A stretch of 64,000 nucleotides of DNA from Eledone cirrhosa (Eukaryota): the NCBI GenBank assembly GCA_964016885.1, contig OZ024743.1:11532001-11596000 (forward strand). Direction: 5' to 3'. The position numbers and the translations under genes are program-made. Below the pieces are notes generated by a model, which saw nothing but the letters and a program-made list of their open reading frames with translations, was not told where the DNA came from and did no database searches. Of this stretch, positions 48,899 through 61,924 are shown in pieces. Positions within the stretch are counted from its first letter, which is position 1. Every line of letters begins with the position of its first letter.

Positions 48899-48930
<32 letters not shown>

Positions 48931-48935
<5 letters not shown>

Positions 48936-50849
48936 ATAAATGCTCTGAAATAGCGATATATATGTGAATATAGACATAGAATATTCGAAAATATTCTGTA
49001 TGTTTATAATAAACATTTTGAAGACCTAATCGCTATAGAATAGAATACGTCACGTATTACAATTAGATTCTCGATAAAAGCAAGGGAAGTAATCTACGCG
49101 TTTCATTCTTGTTAGAATTCATCAGGACCACATATCCAGTGCTTTTATCGAGAATGACACAGCTAGAGACTTATAGAATACTTAGCTGTGTACAGGAACT
49201 GGTTTGAAAGAGCGGTTGCCGGTCCGGCAGAAATTAGAAATTGGAATAAATGCTCTGAAATAGCGATATATATGTGAATATAGACATAGAATATTCGAAA
49301 ATATTCTGTATGTTTATAATAAACATTTTGAAGACCTAATCGCTATAGAATAGAATACGTCACGTATTACAATTAGATTCTCGATAAAAGCAAGGGAAGT
49401 AATCTACGCGTTTCATTCTTGTTAGAATTCATCAGGACCACATATCCAGTGCTTTTATCGAGAATGACACAGCTAGAGACTTATAGAATACTTAGCTGTG
49501 TACAGGAACTGGTTTGAAAGAGCGGTTGCCGGTCCGGCAGAAATTAGAAATTGGAATAAATGCTCTGAAATAGCGATATATATGTGAATATAGACATAGA
49601 ATATTCGAAAATATTCTGTATGTTTATAATAAACATTTTGAAGACCTAATCGCTATAGAATAGAATACGTCACGTATTACAATTAGATTCTCGATAAAAG
49701 CAAGGGAAGTAATCTACGCGTTTCATTCTTGTTAGAATTCATCAGGACCACATATCCAGTGCTTTTATCGAGAATGACACAGCTAGAGACTTATAGAATA
49801 CTTAGCTGTGTACAGGAACTGGTTTGAAAGAGCGGTTGCCGGTCCGGCAGAAATTAGAAATTGGAATAAATGCTCTGAAATAGCGATATATATGTGAATA
49901 TAGACATAGAATATTCGAAAATATTCTGTATGTTTATAATAAACATTTTGAAGACCTAATCGCTATAGAATAGAATACGTCACGTATTACAATTAGATTC
50001 TCGATAAAAGCAAGGGAAGTAATCTACGCGTTTCATTCTTGTTAGAATTCATCAGGACCACATATCCAGTGCTTTTATCGAGAATGACACAGCTAGAGAC
50101 TTATAGAATACTTAGCTGTGTACAGGAACTGGTTTGAAAGAGCGGTTGCCGGTCCGGCAGAAATTAGAAATTGGAATAAATGCTCTGAAATAGCGATATA
50201 TATGTGAATATAGACATAGAATATTCGAAAATATTCTGTATGTTTATAATAAACATTTTGAAGACCTAATCGCTATAGAATAGAATACGTCACGTATTAC
50301 AATTAGATTCTCGATAAAAGCAAGGGAAGTAATCTACGCGTTTCATTCTTGTTAGAATTCATCAGGACCACATATCCAGTGCTTTTATCGAGAATGACAC
50401 AGCTAGAGACTTATAGAATACTTAGCTGTGTACAGGAACTGGTTTGAAAGAGCGGTTGCCGGTCCGGCAGAAATTAGAAATTGGAATAAATGCTCTGAAA
50501 TAGCGATATATATGTGAATATAGACATAGAATATTCGAAAATATTCTGTATGTTTATAATAAACATTTTGAAGACCTAATCGCTATAGAATAGAATACGT
50601 CACGTATTACAATTAGATTCTCGATAAAAGCAAGGGAAGTAATCTACGCGTTTCATTCTTGTTAGAATTCATCAGGACCACATATCCAGTGCTTTTATCG
50701 AGAATGACACAGCTAGAGACTTATAGAATACTTAGCTGTGTACAGGAACTGGTTTGAAAGAGCGGTTGCCGGTCCGGCAGAAATTAGAAATTGGAATAAA
50801 TGCTCTGAAATAGCGATATATATGTGAATATAGACATAGAATATTCGAA
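48931..50849 (-). repeat. 310-bp tandem array (6 full units + 59 bp), each unit with a type I hammerhead ribozyme on the minus strand (retrozyme-like)
   Basis: Unit start TTGGAATAAATGCTCTG recurs at 48931, 49241, 49551, 49861, 50171, 50481 and 50791; units look identical by eye. Minus strand reads GTGGTC-CTGATGA-ATTCT AACA AGAAT-GAAA-CGC-GTA^GATTAC. Confidence 0.95.
49067..49155 (-). ncRNA. Type I hammerhead ribozyme, 310-bp family (core 49089-49131; further copies at 49399, 49709, 50019, 50329, 50639)
   Basis: Canonical CUGAUGA and GAAA boxes; stem II ATTCT/AGAAT with AACA loop; palindromic stem III ACGCGT; GUA triplet; stem I GTGGTC/GATTAC, extended by a perfect 16-bp inverted repeat ATTCTCGATAAAAGCA (49067-49082) / TGCTTTTATCGAGAAT (49140-49155). 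Confidence 0.9.
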
Positions 50850-51051
50850 GTAGTCGTGGAGGTTCCACGGCAAAAAAGCACCCAGCCCACACTGTAAAGT
50901 GGATGTGGCGGTGCAGCGGGAAAAAAGCACCCAGCACTCACTGTAAATGAGGTTGGTGTTAGGAAGGGCATCCAGCTGTAGAAATCAAGCCAGAATCAGT
51001 TCCCGTCCCACCCTTGCAAGCAGGGAAAAAGTGGACGTAAAATGAAATGAT
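50850..51051 (+). mobile_element. RTE family B-like 3' UTR fragment abutting the 310-bp array
   Basis: Matches 38630-38780 (CACCCAGCCCACACTGTAAAG, GGTGTTAGGAAGGGCATCCAGCTGTAGAAATC). Confidence 0.75.
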
Positions 51052-51385
51052 GTGTGCTCCCAGCTGTGGTCACCCCCATAGTATCAAACTAACCATGGAG
51101 CTTGAAGTATTCCAATGAAGCTACACCAAGAAGGTTGCCATGATGGAGATAAACTACTGGGAGAGTCTAAAAGAACTGAAACTCTACTCCTCGGAATGAA
51201 GACGGGAGAGATATGCAATGATATACATATGGAAAATCCTGGGGGACTAAGACCAAACTTTCGCATCGAGAGCTGGACCAATTCTCGAACAGGATGTCAC
51301 TGTGTGGTACCAAAGGTCCCGTCTTCCACATCTAGAATCAGGAGCAGCTATTGCAATAGCCTGGGGTTCAAAGGCCCTCAACTTG
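51052..51385 (+). mobile_element. Degenerate CR1-like fragment
   Basis: Homologous to the reverse complement of 56645-56970 (TACTGGGAGAGTCTAAAAGAACTGAAACTCTACTCC). Confidence 0.7.
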
Positions 51386-51456
51386 GTTTTCAAAATTTAA
51401 ATTTGTGTTTCCTATTCATCAATGCTTCAAGTAAGCTATAAAACTCTGTTATATTT

Positions 51457-52305
51457 CATCATCATCATTGTATGTCAGTTCTTCTACGCTAGCATGGGTT
51501 GTCCTGTTGTGAACAGTGTCCGGTCGGCTGACCTTGTCTTGCTCATACGGGAACTGATTCTGTTTTGAGTTCTACAGCTGGATGCCCTTCCTAACACCAA
51601 CTTCATTGACAGTGAGTGCTGGGTGCTTTTTTTTTTTTTTGCCGTGGCACCTCCACGACCACTTTGCAGTGGAATGATAGGGACCCCAGTCCTATCATCT
51701 CATTTCTACAGCTGAGTAAACTGGAGCAATGTGAAATAAAGTGTCTTGCTCAAGGAAACAACACATCATCCGGTCCAAGAATTAAACTCACAACCTTTCA
51801 ATTGCAAGCCCAATGCTCTAACCACTGAGCCATGTGCCTTCTATTGTTGGCAATGTTAGGTCAGGTGACCATGTCTTGCTCATAAAGAACTGATTTGGGC
51901 TTGGTTTCTACAGCTGGATGCCCTTCCTAATGCCAAGCTCATTTACAATGAGTACTGGGTGTTTTTTGTTGTGATTCCTCCACGACTACTTTACAGTGTA
52001 GACTGGGTGTTTTTTACCGTGTCACCATCACGACCACTTTACAGTGTTTCGGCCTGTTCTCATGAAAGATATATTGGCGGGTGGGATGGAGTGGTGCATA
52101 CCGTATGTATGTTTCAGCCTTGGCCTGGGCCCGTGGGAAGTTGGGGTTTCTGTATTACCTCATAACGCCAGAGATCTTGGTCCTGTGTCATTGCCTTTCA
52201 GAGGTGCAATTGGGCAAGGTCGGCTTTTATCACTTCATCTCAAGTCTTTCTGGGACTTTATGTAGCTGTCATTCTTCATACGAATCACATGTCCATACCA
52301 ACATA
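51457..52305 (-). mobile_element. Older RTE-like 3' fragments plus a tRNA-derived SINE head (51690-51840)
   Basis: CTACAGCTGGATGCCCTTCCTAA motif twice; minus strand 51840-51690 has A-box TGGCTCAGTGG, B-box-like GTGAGTTTAATTC and TCCTTGAGCAAGACACTT. Confidence 0.65.
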
Positions 52306-52580
52306 ATCTCTTTTGAATTTGCCACCGACGCAGTAGGCAGTGATTTTATCAATGGCTTGGAATTAGTCCTCGCTTTGCTTTTTCCATCCACTGAATTATT
52401 TTTGTATAAGTTCCCTGTGTCCACGTATTGCCTGGAAACTTAGCTGAGAATAGACTTCCCTGGTGACGAAAGGCTTCTCCGTGCTCTCTTCGGATAGTAC
52501 GTTTAATCCCTTTCAGAAACTAATTAGTTGGGAGTGAAATTTAAGTAAGTAAGTTAATTTTATAATTTTCTTATTTTACG

Positions 52581-52621
<41 letters not shown>

Positions 52622-52656
52622 TACACAAACACACACACATATATATATATATGGAC

Positions 52657-55600
52657 TGAAATATGAATCTGCGAGCTACCAAGCACCCACGTGAAGCGCC
52701 AACCCAGAGACGCTCCCCTACGAGTGTCGACAAATGCCCAAAACTCTGAGTTGGTACCATCAATGTAGGCTCAATGAAAGGAAGAGCAGGAGAAATCGTA
52801 GAAATGCTAGAGCGAAAGGAAGTTGATGTATGCTGTGTGCAAGAGACTAGATGGAGAGGAGGGTCTGCTAGAGTCCTTGTAGGAAAAAGCCAGTGCTACA
52901 AATTTTTCTGGGTGGGAAATGATGATGGGATGGGTGGTGTAGGTATACTACTAGCTGACAAGTGGGTAGATAAAGTAATCTCAGTGTACAGGGTAAATGC
53001 AAGAATCATTAAACTCAGACTAGTCCTGAATAAGACAATTACCACAATAATATCAGCTTACGCACCCCAATCGGGGCTGCCAGACGAACTTAAGGATAGG
53101 TTTTACGAGTCCCTAATACACACTACTGCTCTAACAGACGACAAGGACTTCCTAATCATTGCAGGAGATTTTAACGGACACGTAGGTAAACACTGCGACG
53201 GCTTCAATAGAGTACATGGAGGCCATGGAGTTGGCACAAGGAATGAGGAAGGATTCAGACTTCTAGAATTCTGCGACGCCAATGACATGTCGATATGTAA
53301 CACAAACTTTAAAAAAGCCGACAACCACCTGATCACCTATAGATCAGGGGAGCACTCTAGTCAGTTAGATTTTATCCTCATCAGAGGACGTGACAGATGG
53401 ACGGTCGTAAACACAAAAGCCTTCCCTAGTGAGGAATGTACATCCCAACATAGCTTAGTTGTCAGTGACCTCATGGTCAGAACTAGACGAGCCCTGAAAC
53501 AGAGGCCAACCTGGAGAAGAAAGATCTGGAAGCTGAAAGTCCCCTCAACCAGTAACAGATTTAAAGATATTTTACTCAACGCCTACGACAGTAAAGAAGA
53601 ACAGATAGAGACATTTAACGTAGAAGAGAACTGGGAGTTCCTAAAAAATAACTTACTAGAGGCGACGGATGAGGTTTGTGGCTGGAGTAAGACCTCAAGC
53701 AGGAGGAGAGTGACTTGGTGGTGGAACAATAAGGTAGATGAAGCAGTCAAGGCCAAGAGACAGGCATGGAAAGAATGGAAGAACGGGGGGAGCAGGGTAC
53801 ATTACATAGAGACCAAGAGGGAAGCTAGGCGACAAGTATACTTAGCTAGGAGGGAAGCAGAGGATAGAAAATTCAAGCATGTTTTACAACGTGAGGACCA
53901 GAAACAGGAGGTATTCAAGATTGCGAGGCAGTGTGTCAGAGATAGTTGTGATGTCATTGGAGAGAAGTGTATCCGGAATGATAAAGGTGAGCTTGCCCTC
54001 ACAAGTGCTGAGAAGAAAGATGCATGGAAGAGTCATTATGATAGATTACTAAATGAGGAGAATGCATGGGAAGAAGAGACCCTACCCCACGTAGACCCTA
54101 TAGAGGGACCAGCAGTACAAGTCAGCGGCAGCGTAGGAAGTAAGGCAATCAGAGATATGAAGATAGGGAAGGCAACCGGTCCATCGGGTATAGCTGCCGA
54201 GATGCTGAAGGCATCTGGGTCTGTAGGTCACACTATAACCACACGTATCATTAACCAGGTAATACTAGAGGGGGCCATACCAAAAGATTGGTGCAGTAGC
54301 ATCATTGTCAACTGCTACAAAGGTAAAGGCGATGCACTAGATAGAGGAAACTATAGAGGTATAAAGTTGATGGACCAGGTCATGAAAGTAACAGAAAGAG
54401 TTATAGCACAGCTGATTAGGGACCGGGTGAATATAGACGAGATGCAATTTGGGTTTGTACCAGGGAAAGGCACCACTGATGCCCTCTTCCTTGTGAGGCA
54501 ATTACAGGAAAAGTACCTAGCTAAAAGTAAGCCACTCTACTTGGCATTTGTCGACCTTGAGAAAGCCTTTGACAGAGTTCCACGTGCAGTAATCTGGTGG
54601 GCTCTTAGAAAACTAGGAGTAGATGAATGGCTTGTGAAAGCGGTACAAGCCATGTATAGGGGAGCAGTCAGCAAAGTTAGGATTGGCAATGAGTATAGCG
54701 AGGAATTTAGCGTACAGGTTGGGGTCCACCAGGGCTCTGTTCTTAGCCCTCTCCTGTTCATCATAGTCCTGCAGGCAATAACGGAGGAGTTTAAGACTGG
54801 ATGCCCATGGGAACTCCTGTATGCTGATGACCTCGCACTCATAGCTGAATCTATGGTAGAACTAGAGAATAAATTCCAAACCTGGAAGCAGGGACTAGAG
54901 AGAAAGGGCCTCAAAGTCAACATGACAAAGACTAAGGTCCTTATAAGTAGACGAGAAAACAGAACCCAGATCCCCTCAGGGAAATGGCCTTGCTCAGTAT
55001 GTAGGAAAGGTGTAGGTAGGAACTCCATTCTCTGCCCCAAATGCAAACAATGGGTACACAAGAGATGTAGCGGGATCTCAGGAAGCTTAATTAAGAATGT
55101 AGGATTCACATGCAGCAGCTGTGCTGAAACAGCAAGCAAACAGCCACAGGAAACAAGTACCACCAATCTCTGGGAGGGCCCTGTAGAAACAGTAGACAGC
55201 TTCTGCTACCTAGGTGACCGAATTAGCAACGGAGGTGGGTGCTCAGAAAGTACAATAACTAGGGTAAGAACGGGATGGAAGAAGTTTAGGGAACTACTAC
55301 CACTGCTAGCTGCAAAAGGCTTCTCCCTCAGAATGAAAGGCAGACTGTATGATGCGTGTATCCGAACAGCGATGTTGCATGGTAGTGAGACCTGGGCGCT
55401 GAAGGTGGAAGACTTACGTAGATTAGAGAGAAACGAAGCCTGCATGCTCCGATGGATGTGTAACAGTAATATACGTGAACGACAAAGCATAAAGGAATTG
55501 AGAGAGAGACTGAGCATAAGAGGAATCAAATGCTGCGTGCAGGAGAGGCGGTTACGCTGGTATGGACATGTGATGCGTATGAAGGATGACAGCTGCATAA

Positions 55601-56088
55601 AAAGGTGCAGAGCACTAGAAGTTGATGGAAACCGCGGAGTGGGGAGACCCAAGATGACTTGGGATGAGGTGATAAAAGCCGACCTTACCCAACTACACCT
55701 CTCAAAGTCAATGACACACGACCGTGACTTCTGGCGTCACGCAGTAATACAGGGTACCCGACCTCCCATGGGTACACGCTGAAGCATATAAACAATATGC
55801 CCCCCCCCCCCCCCACCGCAAGGTGGTCGTGGAGGTGCCACGGCAAAAAAGCACCCAGCCCACACTGTAAAGTGGACGTGTAGGCGCCACGAAAAAGCAC
55901 CCAGCACTCATTGTAAATGAGGTTGGTGTTAGGAAGGACATCCAGCTGTAGAAATCAAGCCAGATCAGTTCCTGTATGAGCAAGGCATGGTCAGCCGACC
56001 AGACACTGCCCACAACAGGACAACCCGTCTAACCCATGCTAGCGTGGAAGAACGGACGTAAAACGGTGATGATGATGATGATGATGAT
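52657..56088 (+). mobile_element. RTE LINE family B, second near-identical copy with most of the 5' UTR missing
   Basis: Nearly identical to 35466-38892; (GAT)n tail at ~56067-56088; preceded by TA/CA microsatellite. Confidence 0.93.
52663..55782 (+). pseudogene. RTE family B ORF with early nonsense codon (CGA>TGA at 52747); open from ATG 52774 (1002 aa)
   Basis: Aligns to 35472-38591; a restart at 52774 would lose the first endonuclease strand (VGTINV). Confidence 0.85.
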
Positions 56089-56384
56089 ACACCCAAACAC
56101 ACACGCACATATATATATATATACACAAACACACACACATATTTATATCTTTTAGCAGAGCATTTTAATATTGCCACTCAATGAAAACCCTTTGTTTGGA
56201 ATAAATGAATCTTGAAAATTAGGAGTGCCTGTCAGTGTGTATGTTTGTCTACTTAGCATCAATTTACTACCCTCCCCTACCACCAGAAAATACCACCATA
56301 TTACATTGACAGTCAGCTTTTCTGATGATTTCCTCCAAATGAAACAGTTCTAGTCCTGTTGAAGCCATTTCTATATTAAATATA

Positions 56385-57030
56385 TATATATACTCTTTTA
56401 GCTGTTCCAGCCATCCGGCTGAGACCATGATTGGGCAGTCCTTGTTGCTACACATTCTATCTCCAGCCTGTGTTGGCTGGCCATTGATGTAAGAGGGAGT
56501 TCGTTGCTGCTGCCCTTAGGTCACCTTCGTACCATGATGTGGGCTCATCCGGGATCCTGGATAACAGGGTGTCGAGAAGCTTCTTGAAAATATCCACGAC
56601 CACACCATGTAGATCTCTCAAATTCCTTGGCAGTTTGTGGAAGAGTTGAGGGCCTTTGAACCCCAGTCTATTGCAATATCTGCTTCTTGTTCTAGATGTG
56701 GAAGACGGGACCTTTGTCACCACACAGTGACGTCCTGTTCGGGGGTTGGTCCCGCTCTCAATACCAAAGTTTGGCGCTAGTCGTTCCAGGATTTTCCATA
56801 TGTATATCACTGCATATCTCTCCCATCTTCGTTCCAAGGAGTAGAGTTTCAGTTCTTTTAGCCTCTTCCAGTAGCTCATCTCCTTCATCGTGCAATCCTC
56901 TTGGTGTAGCTTCGTTGGATTGTCTCAAGTTCCGTGGTTAGTTTGATACTATGGGGTGACCACAGCTGGGAGCAATAGTCCAGGCGGCTTAGGACAAATG
57001 GCCTTCATAGTATCAACATGGTCTCCCGGT
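56385..57030 (-). mobile_element. CR1-like LINE 3' fragment
   Basis: MSYWKRLKELKLYSLERR.ERYA.IY.WKIL...GPQLFHKLP...[14 protein letters not shown]; AAAAGAGTA tail abuts (TA)n at 56380-56392. Confidence 0.85.
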
Positions 57031-57256
57031 CTCTTATATAGAAAACCTCAAATAAAAAGTCAAGATTTGTTTCGATTTAACAGAGCAGAAAGAATTCGCG
57101 TCAGAATATTCCAACCAATCCAGCCTATATCAGCTGAATAAATATGTATGTGGAGATACATATATACACACCCACATGCACATATATATATATATATACA
57201 CACACACGCACGCACACACACACTCAAACACACAGACATACATGCATGCATGCATA

Positions 57257-57882
57257 CATGATGGCTTCCCCCTCGTTATCGAGTATGGCCATTGCACGAT
57301 ATACCATTATTAATAATTATTAATTAATTCTATCGTGCAAATACCTGTGCGTGAAGATATATTTTAAAGTGAGGAAAGACTGTGCACTGAGCCAATCCCA
57401 CTCTCTGAGAGACAGTAGCTATAACCCGAAAAGAAGACAATATTTAACATCATCGGTTACTGAGCCACAGGTTTTATATCGGAGTTATCCCAGTTTCCTG
57501 GGTTGCCTTCTCCTAGAAGAATGCCCTGACAAAGGCTAGGGGTCCTTCACTCCCAGTGGTTTAACCGCGCGATCGGGTGTCCAGCCCGATTATTTCAATA
57601 TCCCCGCACATGTACATACACATGCACCCATGTATATACACATATACATATACATACATATGTACATGTGTATATACATATTTACACACTTTTGGATGGC
57701 CGTTGACTCTTATGAGATCTTCCGCCCTTTGTCAGGTTTTGTTTTTTGTCCTGCAGGGTGTCCCAAATCACCCTCCTCACCAAGTAAACTTGGTGGGGTT
57801 GCCGGTTTAGTCGCCGACGACCTGACCATGCGACAGGTTGTACTGGGTTACATGTTACCAATAGCACTCAAGAGTCATCCGA
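57257..57882 (-). mobile_element. Diverged relative of the non-autonomous RTE-type element
   Basis: Patchy homology to 60398-61004 (CCTTCTCCTAGA..GACAAAGGCTA, TTTTGGATGGCC..TCACCCTCCTCACCAAG). Confidence 0.6.
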
Positions 57883-57903
57883 CATACATACATACATACA
57901 TAC

Positions 57904-60375
57904 ATGATGGCTGCAAACTCGTGTTCAAGTAATGCCATCGCCCGATAAAATGTTCAAAAATGTGAAGCACAAATGTGACTCTTTAAACCAGCCAAAATAC
58001 TTGCACCCTATGGCACACACATGGCAACTTTAGGCTCCCTCGAAACCTTCCATTGCTTTGTTCTGGCTGTATGTTCTCATGTATCTTTTAAGACCTCCCA
58101 TGCTTGTACATTTCTTACACCTTTTCAGATCATAATCTACATGAGGTCTACTGATATGACTTTGTTCATGTCTAATCAAACCAGCTTTGCTCAGGCTGAC
58201 TCGACCACAGTGCTGGCAAACTAGATGATGTTCAACAGCAGGCAGTTCAGAACAGTCTCAATCCTCACCTTCCTTTTCAGTGTTAGGTGTTCTCTCCGAC
58301 GAGTTTCAAAGTGTTCACCACCTGACTTGATCAAACGTCTCTTCACACGCTCATCAGCCATTTTCTCCTATTCGTCAGATGAAATTCCAGCACAAGCCAA
58401 GGTGCCCCTGATACAGTCCCGGTACCGCCTTTTTGGTTTATGTGGTGGTCGCCTTCCTTCACACAGTTCTCCATAGAGAAGTTGTTTTGGAATACGATCA
58501 TCAGACATCCGGACCACGTGACTGCACCACCTCAACCGATACCGAAAGATTATGCTCTCTATAGTCACGCACCTGCTCCGTTCTAGAACTTCCAAATCAC
58601 TGGCGAACATTTTCCACCACACCCCAAGTAACTTATGAAGAGATTGTTGGTGAAATCTCTCCAGATCCTTCAGGTGCTTTCTGTATATGACCCACGTTTC
58701 ACAAACAAAGTAAAGAGGAGACAACACAAGTCAGATACACTTTCACCTTGGTTTCGATAGTGATACCTCGTCTGGACCATAAACGTTGATGCAGCCGTCC
58801 AAAAGCATCACTGGCTTTCTTGATTCTTAAGGATATTTCATTATCATGTGTGCATGAAGTGTTCAACGTACTACCAAGGTAAACAAACTTGTCAGCAACT
58901 TTTAGCCTCTTTCCGTACACATACACACTTGGTGCAGTGTACTCGTTTCCAGGTACTGGCTGATACATCACAACAGTCTTTTCCAAGCTTATTGTGACGC
59001 CCAAAGTGCTGCAAGCTGCAGAAAAAGAGTTCATAATAATCTGCATGTCACTTTGTGAGTGTGCAAAAAGATCGCAGTCATCTGCATACAAAAACTCTCG
59101 GATTATAGATGTTAATACCTTTGTGCTTGCACCAAAGCACCTGGTGTTGAACAACCTTCCTGAAGTGCAATACCTGATGTAAACCCCATGAGAACAATAT
59201 TTGAATGCCATGAGAAACACTATCGTAAAATATAAGGAAAACAGAGTTGGAGCCGGAATGTCCCCCTGCTTCACTCCATTTTCAACTGATATTGGTTCAG
59301 AGATGCTACCACCAAAACTGACCAAAGCCTTCATGTCATCGTGGAAAAGATGCAGAATCTTCTACCCTACCTTGGATTTTTTTCCAACAACGCAGTTCGA
59401 TTGACAGTGTCAAAGGCCTTTGTCAAGTCAACAAAGATCTGGTAAAGGTCCATACATTGTTCGATACACTTTTCTTGCAGTTGCCGAGCAGAAACGATCA
59501 TATCCACTGTTCCACTTTCGTTTCTGAACCCACACTGCGACTCAGGCAACACATTCAGAGCAACTCTTGGGATCAATCTATCCATCAATATTCGACACGA
59601 CTTTACCAACTACTGAAAGAAGGGATATGACATGATAATTGCCACATTTGTCCTTTCCTTTATGGAGAATCACCATGAGCGCATCCTTCTTGTGGGACAT
59701 TCTCATCTTCCCACACCATTTTCATGAGGTCAGTCAGGCGCTGCGTGAAGTTTTCACCACCACACTCAAAACCGCTCCACTCAGACCATCCATACCAGGA
59801 GACTTACCACAGTTCAGCTTATGCACAACAGAAGTCCCCTCTGCAAGAGAAGATACATTAGCCATCTCATATGCCTCACTGGTTCAATAGGAATGGAACA
59901 AATGAAATCATCATCAACCTGGGATGGCTGGTTTAAGAGCTCATCAAAGTGATCTCTCTATCTGTCGAGTGTCTTTTGGGTCGCGCAGTAATTGCTTGCC
60001 ATCTTTCGATCTCAAAGGGGCCACTGGAGAGCTGAAAGGGCCATACCCCTCTGTGAGTAGAAAGTGCGGCAGTTTCACATTGTTGCCGTCAGATGCCACT
60101 TGAACTTCATCTGCTTTGTTGCTCCACCAGGTATTTTGCATAGCCCTGAGTTTCACCTGCACTTCCTTCTTTACCTGTCTGTAACGCTCATAATTGTCAC
60201 CAACAGAGATACCACCTTTAAGAACAGCATCAAGTGCCTTTTGTTTTCTGTCTAGCAGAGTCTTGACCTACTGGTTATTCTCATCAAACCAGTCCTTGTT
60301 TTCTTGTGACAAAGCCAAGGACCTCTGCTGAAGCCTCATAGACCGAGCTCCTGAAGTCCTTCCAGTTGTTCTCAT
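57904..60375 (-). pseudogene. Decayed RTE/BovB-type LINE (RT region, multiple frameshifts)
   Basis: Fragments LPESQCGFR, RQLQEKCIEQ, FVDLTKAFDTV, GVKQGDIPAP, FLYADD, FVYLGS, RLRWCSHVVRM..RIPKQLLYGEL. Confidence 0.88.
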
Positions 60376-60397
60376 ACACGCATACATACTTACATAT

Positions 60398-61004
60398 ATG
60401 GTGGCTGCCAACTCGTTTTCGATTACAGCCACTACTTTATATCCATGTAGGAGAACTCCTACCGATGCGCTGAACGAGTGTGACTTCTTAGTCCAGCCAG
60501 CGACTTGAAAACTCTGGTATAAACACTACACTTGTGACAATTATTGACACATAGTGCTGGGCCCATGGCACCATGTGACGACAAGTGCAGAGAGATCTCC
60601 AGATATAAAGCAATGCCTGTGCCGTGAAGCTTTTATAGTGAGCAAAGGCACTGCACAAAGCCAGTCCCACTCCCTTAACCAAGATGATATTTACCAAAAA
60701 GAAGAACATGTCAACATCATTGGATACCATCAGAGTTGCAGGTGTTATATCAGAGTTTTCCTTCTAGAATTCTGCCTTGACAAAGGCTAAGGGGTCATCT
60801 CTCCCGGTGATTTTGGATGGCCATTGACTCTTAAGAGCTCCTTTGCCCTTTGACAGGTTTTGTTTTTAGTCCTGCAGGATGTCCAAAGTCACCCTCCTCA
60901 CCAAGAAACCTTGGTGGGGTTGCCAGTTTAGTCACCAACGACCCGACCATGAGACAGGTTGTACTGGGATATATGTTACCAGTAGCACCGACTGGTGACC
61001 TGAC
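60398..61004 (-). mobile_element. Non-autonomous RTE-type element, full copy, minus strand
   Basis: Reverse complement of 2911-3519; flanked by CATA microsatellite. Confidence 0.78.
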
Positions 61005-61689
61005 ATATATACATGTATACATACATCCATCCATACATGTATACACACATCCATCCATACATACATACATACAATGGTTAAAGTGTTTGACTGACGACCA
61101 TAAGTTCATGGGTTCATATTTGGGACCGGGTTGTTATTGAATCAACCTGATATCAATGTTTATTATACAGCACACTTCCTCTTTGGTATAATATGACACA
61201 GTAATATCTAACATAGTACCCATCTAATCTGTTATAATATGATTTACCTTTCCTCTGTGAAGGCACATGCCTTAGGGGTTACGGTACTGGACTAACCATT
61301 ATAAAGTCATGGGCTCGTTTCTTCGATCCTGCAGCATGTTGCGTCCTTCAGTAAAATACTTTAATTTGTGTAGCATCTTCTACCAGGACTTGCGGCAGAC
61401 AGATAATATCAGTAATGGAAAAAACCTTGTTTCATTAGTATGACCTGGAAATCAGTTCCACTCTATTTATCTTCTTTATTAAAGGCAATCAAATTATTTT
61501 TTATTTTATTTTTTCTTATTTTTCCATGTTTGTTAAATAAATTCCATAAAATCGAACTAAATTGAAATTTTGTAATAAAATTTCCATAAAAGTTAATGTT
61601 TACAATACAATAAAATGTAATAAAATGTATTGAAGTCGACGAAATGTGGACCTTCATTTTTGAAAGATCCACATAAGCAGACCTTACAA

Positions 61690-61924
61690 TATTGTACCAC
61701 AATTTTCCTTTGTGCAAAAGTGGGCAGCCGAATTTAGGAAAGGATAGGGGATTCTTGAAGATGACCCAATGTCTGGACGTCCTACAACTGCCACTACCGA
61801 GGAAAACATTGATCTCAGTACTGCAACACCGATGGAAGAAGTGTGTGGAACGCAAGGGAGACTATGTTGAAAAATATACCTCATTTGGTCACATTCCATG
61901 AGAGTATCTTTGTCAACCCTCGTA
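61690..61924 (+). mobile_element. Internally deleted mariner-type DNA transposon remnant
   Basis: KWAAEFRKG..LEDDPMSGRPTTATTEENID joined to LQHRWKKCVERKGDYVEK, ending in ACCCTCGTA (mariner-like TIR end plus TA). Confidence 0.75.

Larger units (their letters stand above)
44626..48930. repeat. Further TA/TATG tracts (44626-45386, 45863-46053, 46511-46865, 48483-48930)
   Basis: Direct observation. Confidence 0.9.

Noticed and set aside
48931-50849. Possible CRISPR array or 5S/tRNA/snRNA gene cluster
   Set aside because: Units are identical with no unique spacers and no cas genes, and no 5S, tRNA or snRNA motif is recognisable; the hammerhead explains the structure.
61254-61380. tRNA-like sequence
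   Set aside because: Degenerate SINE head similar to 51690-51840; no intact cloverleaf.
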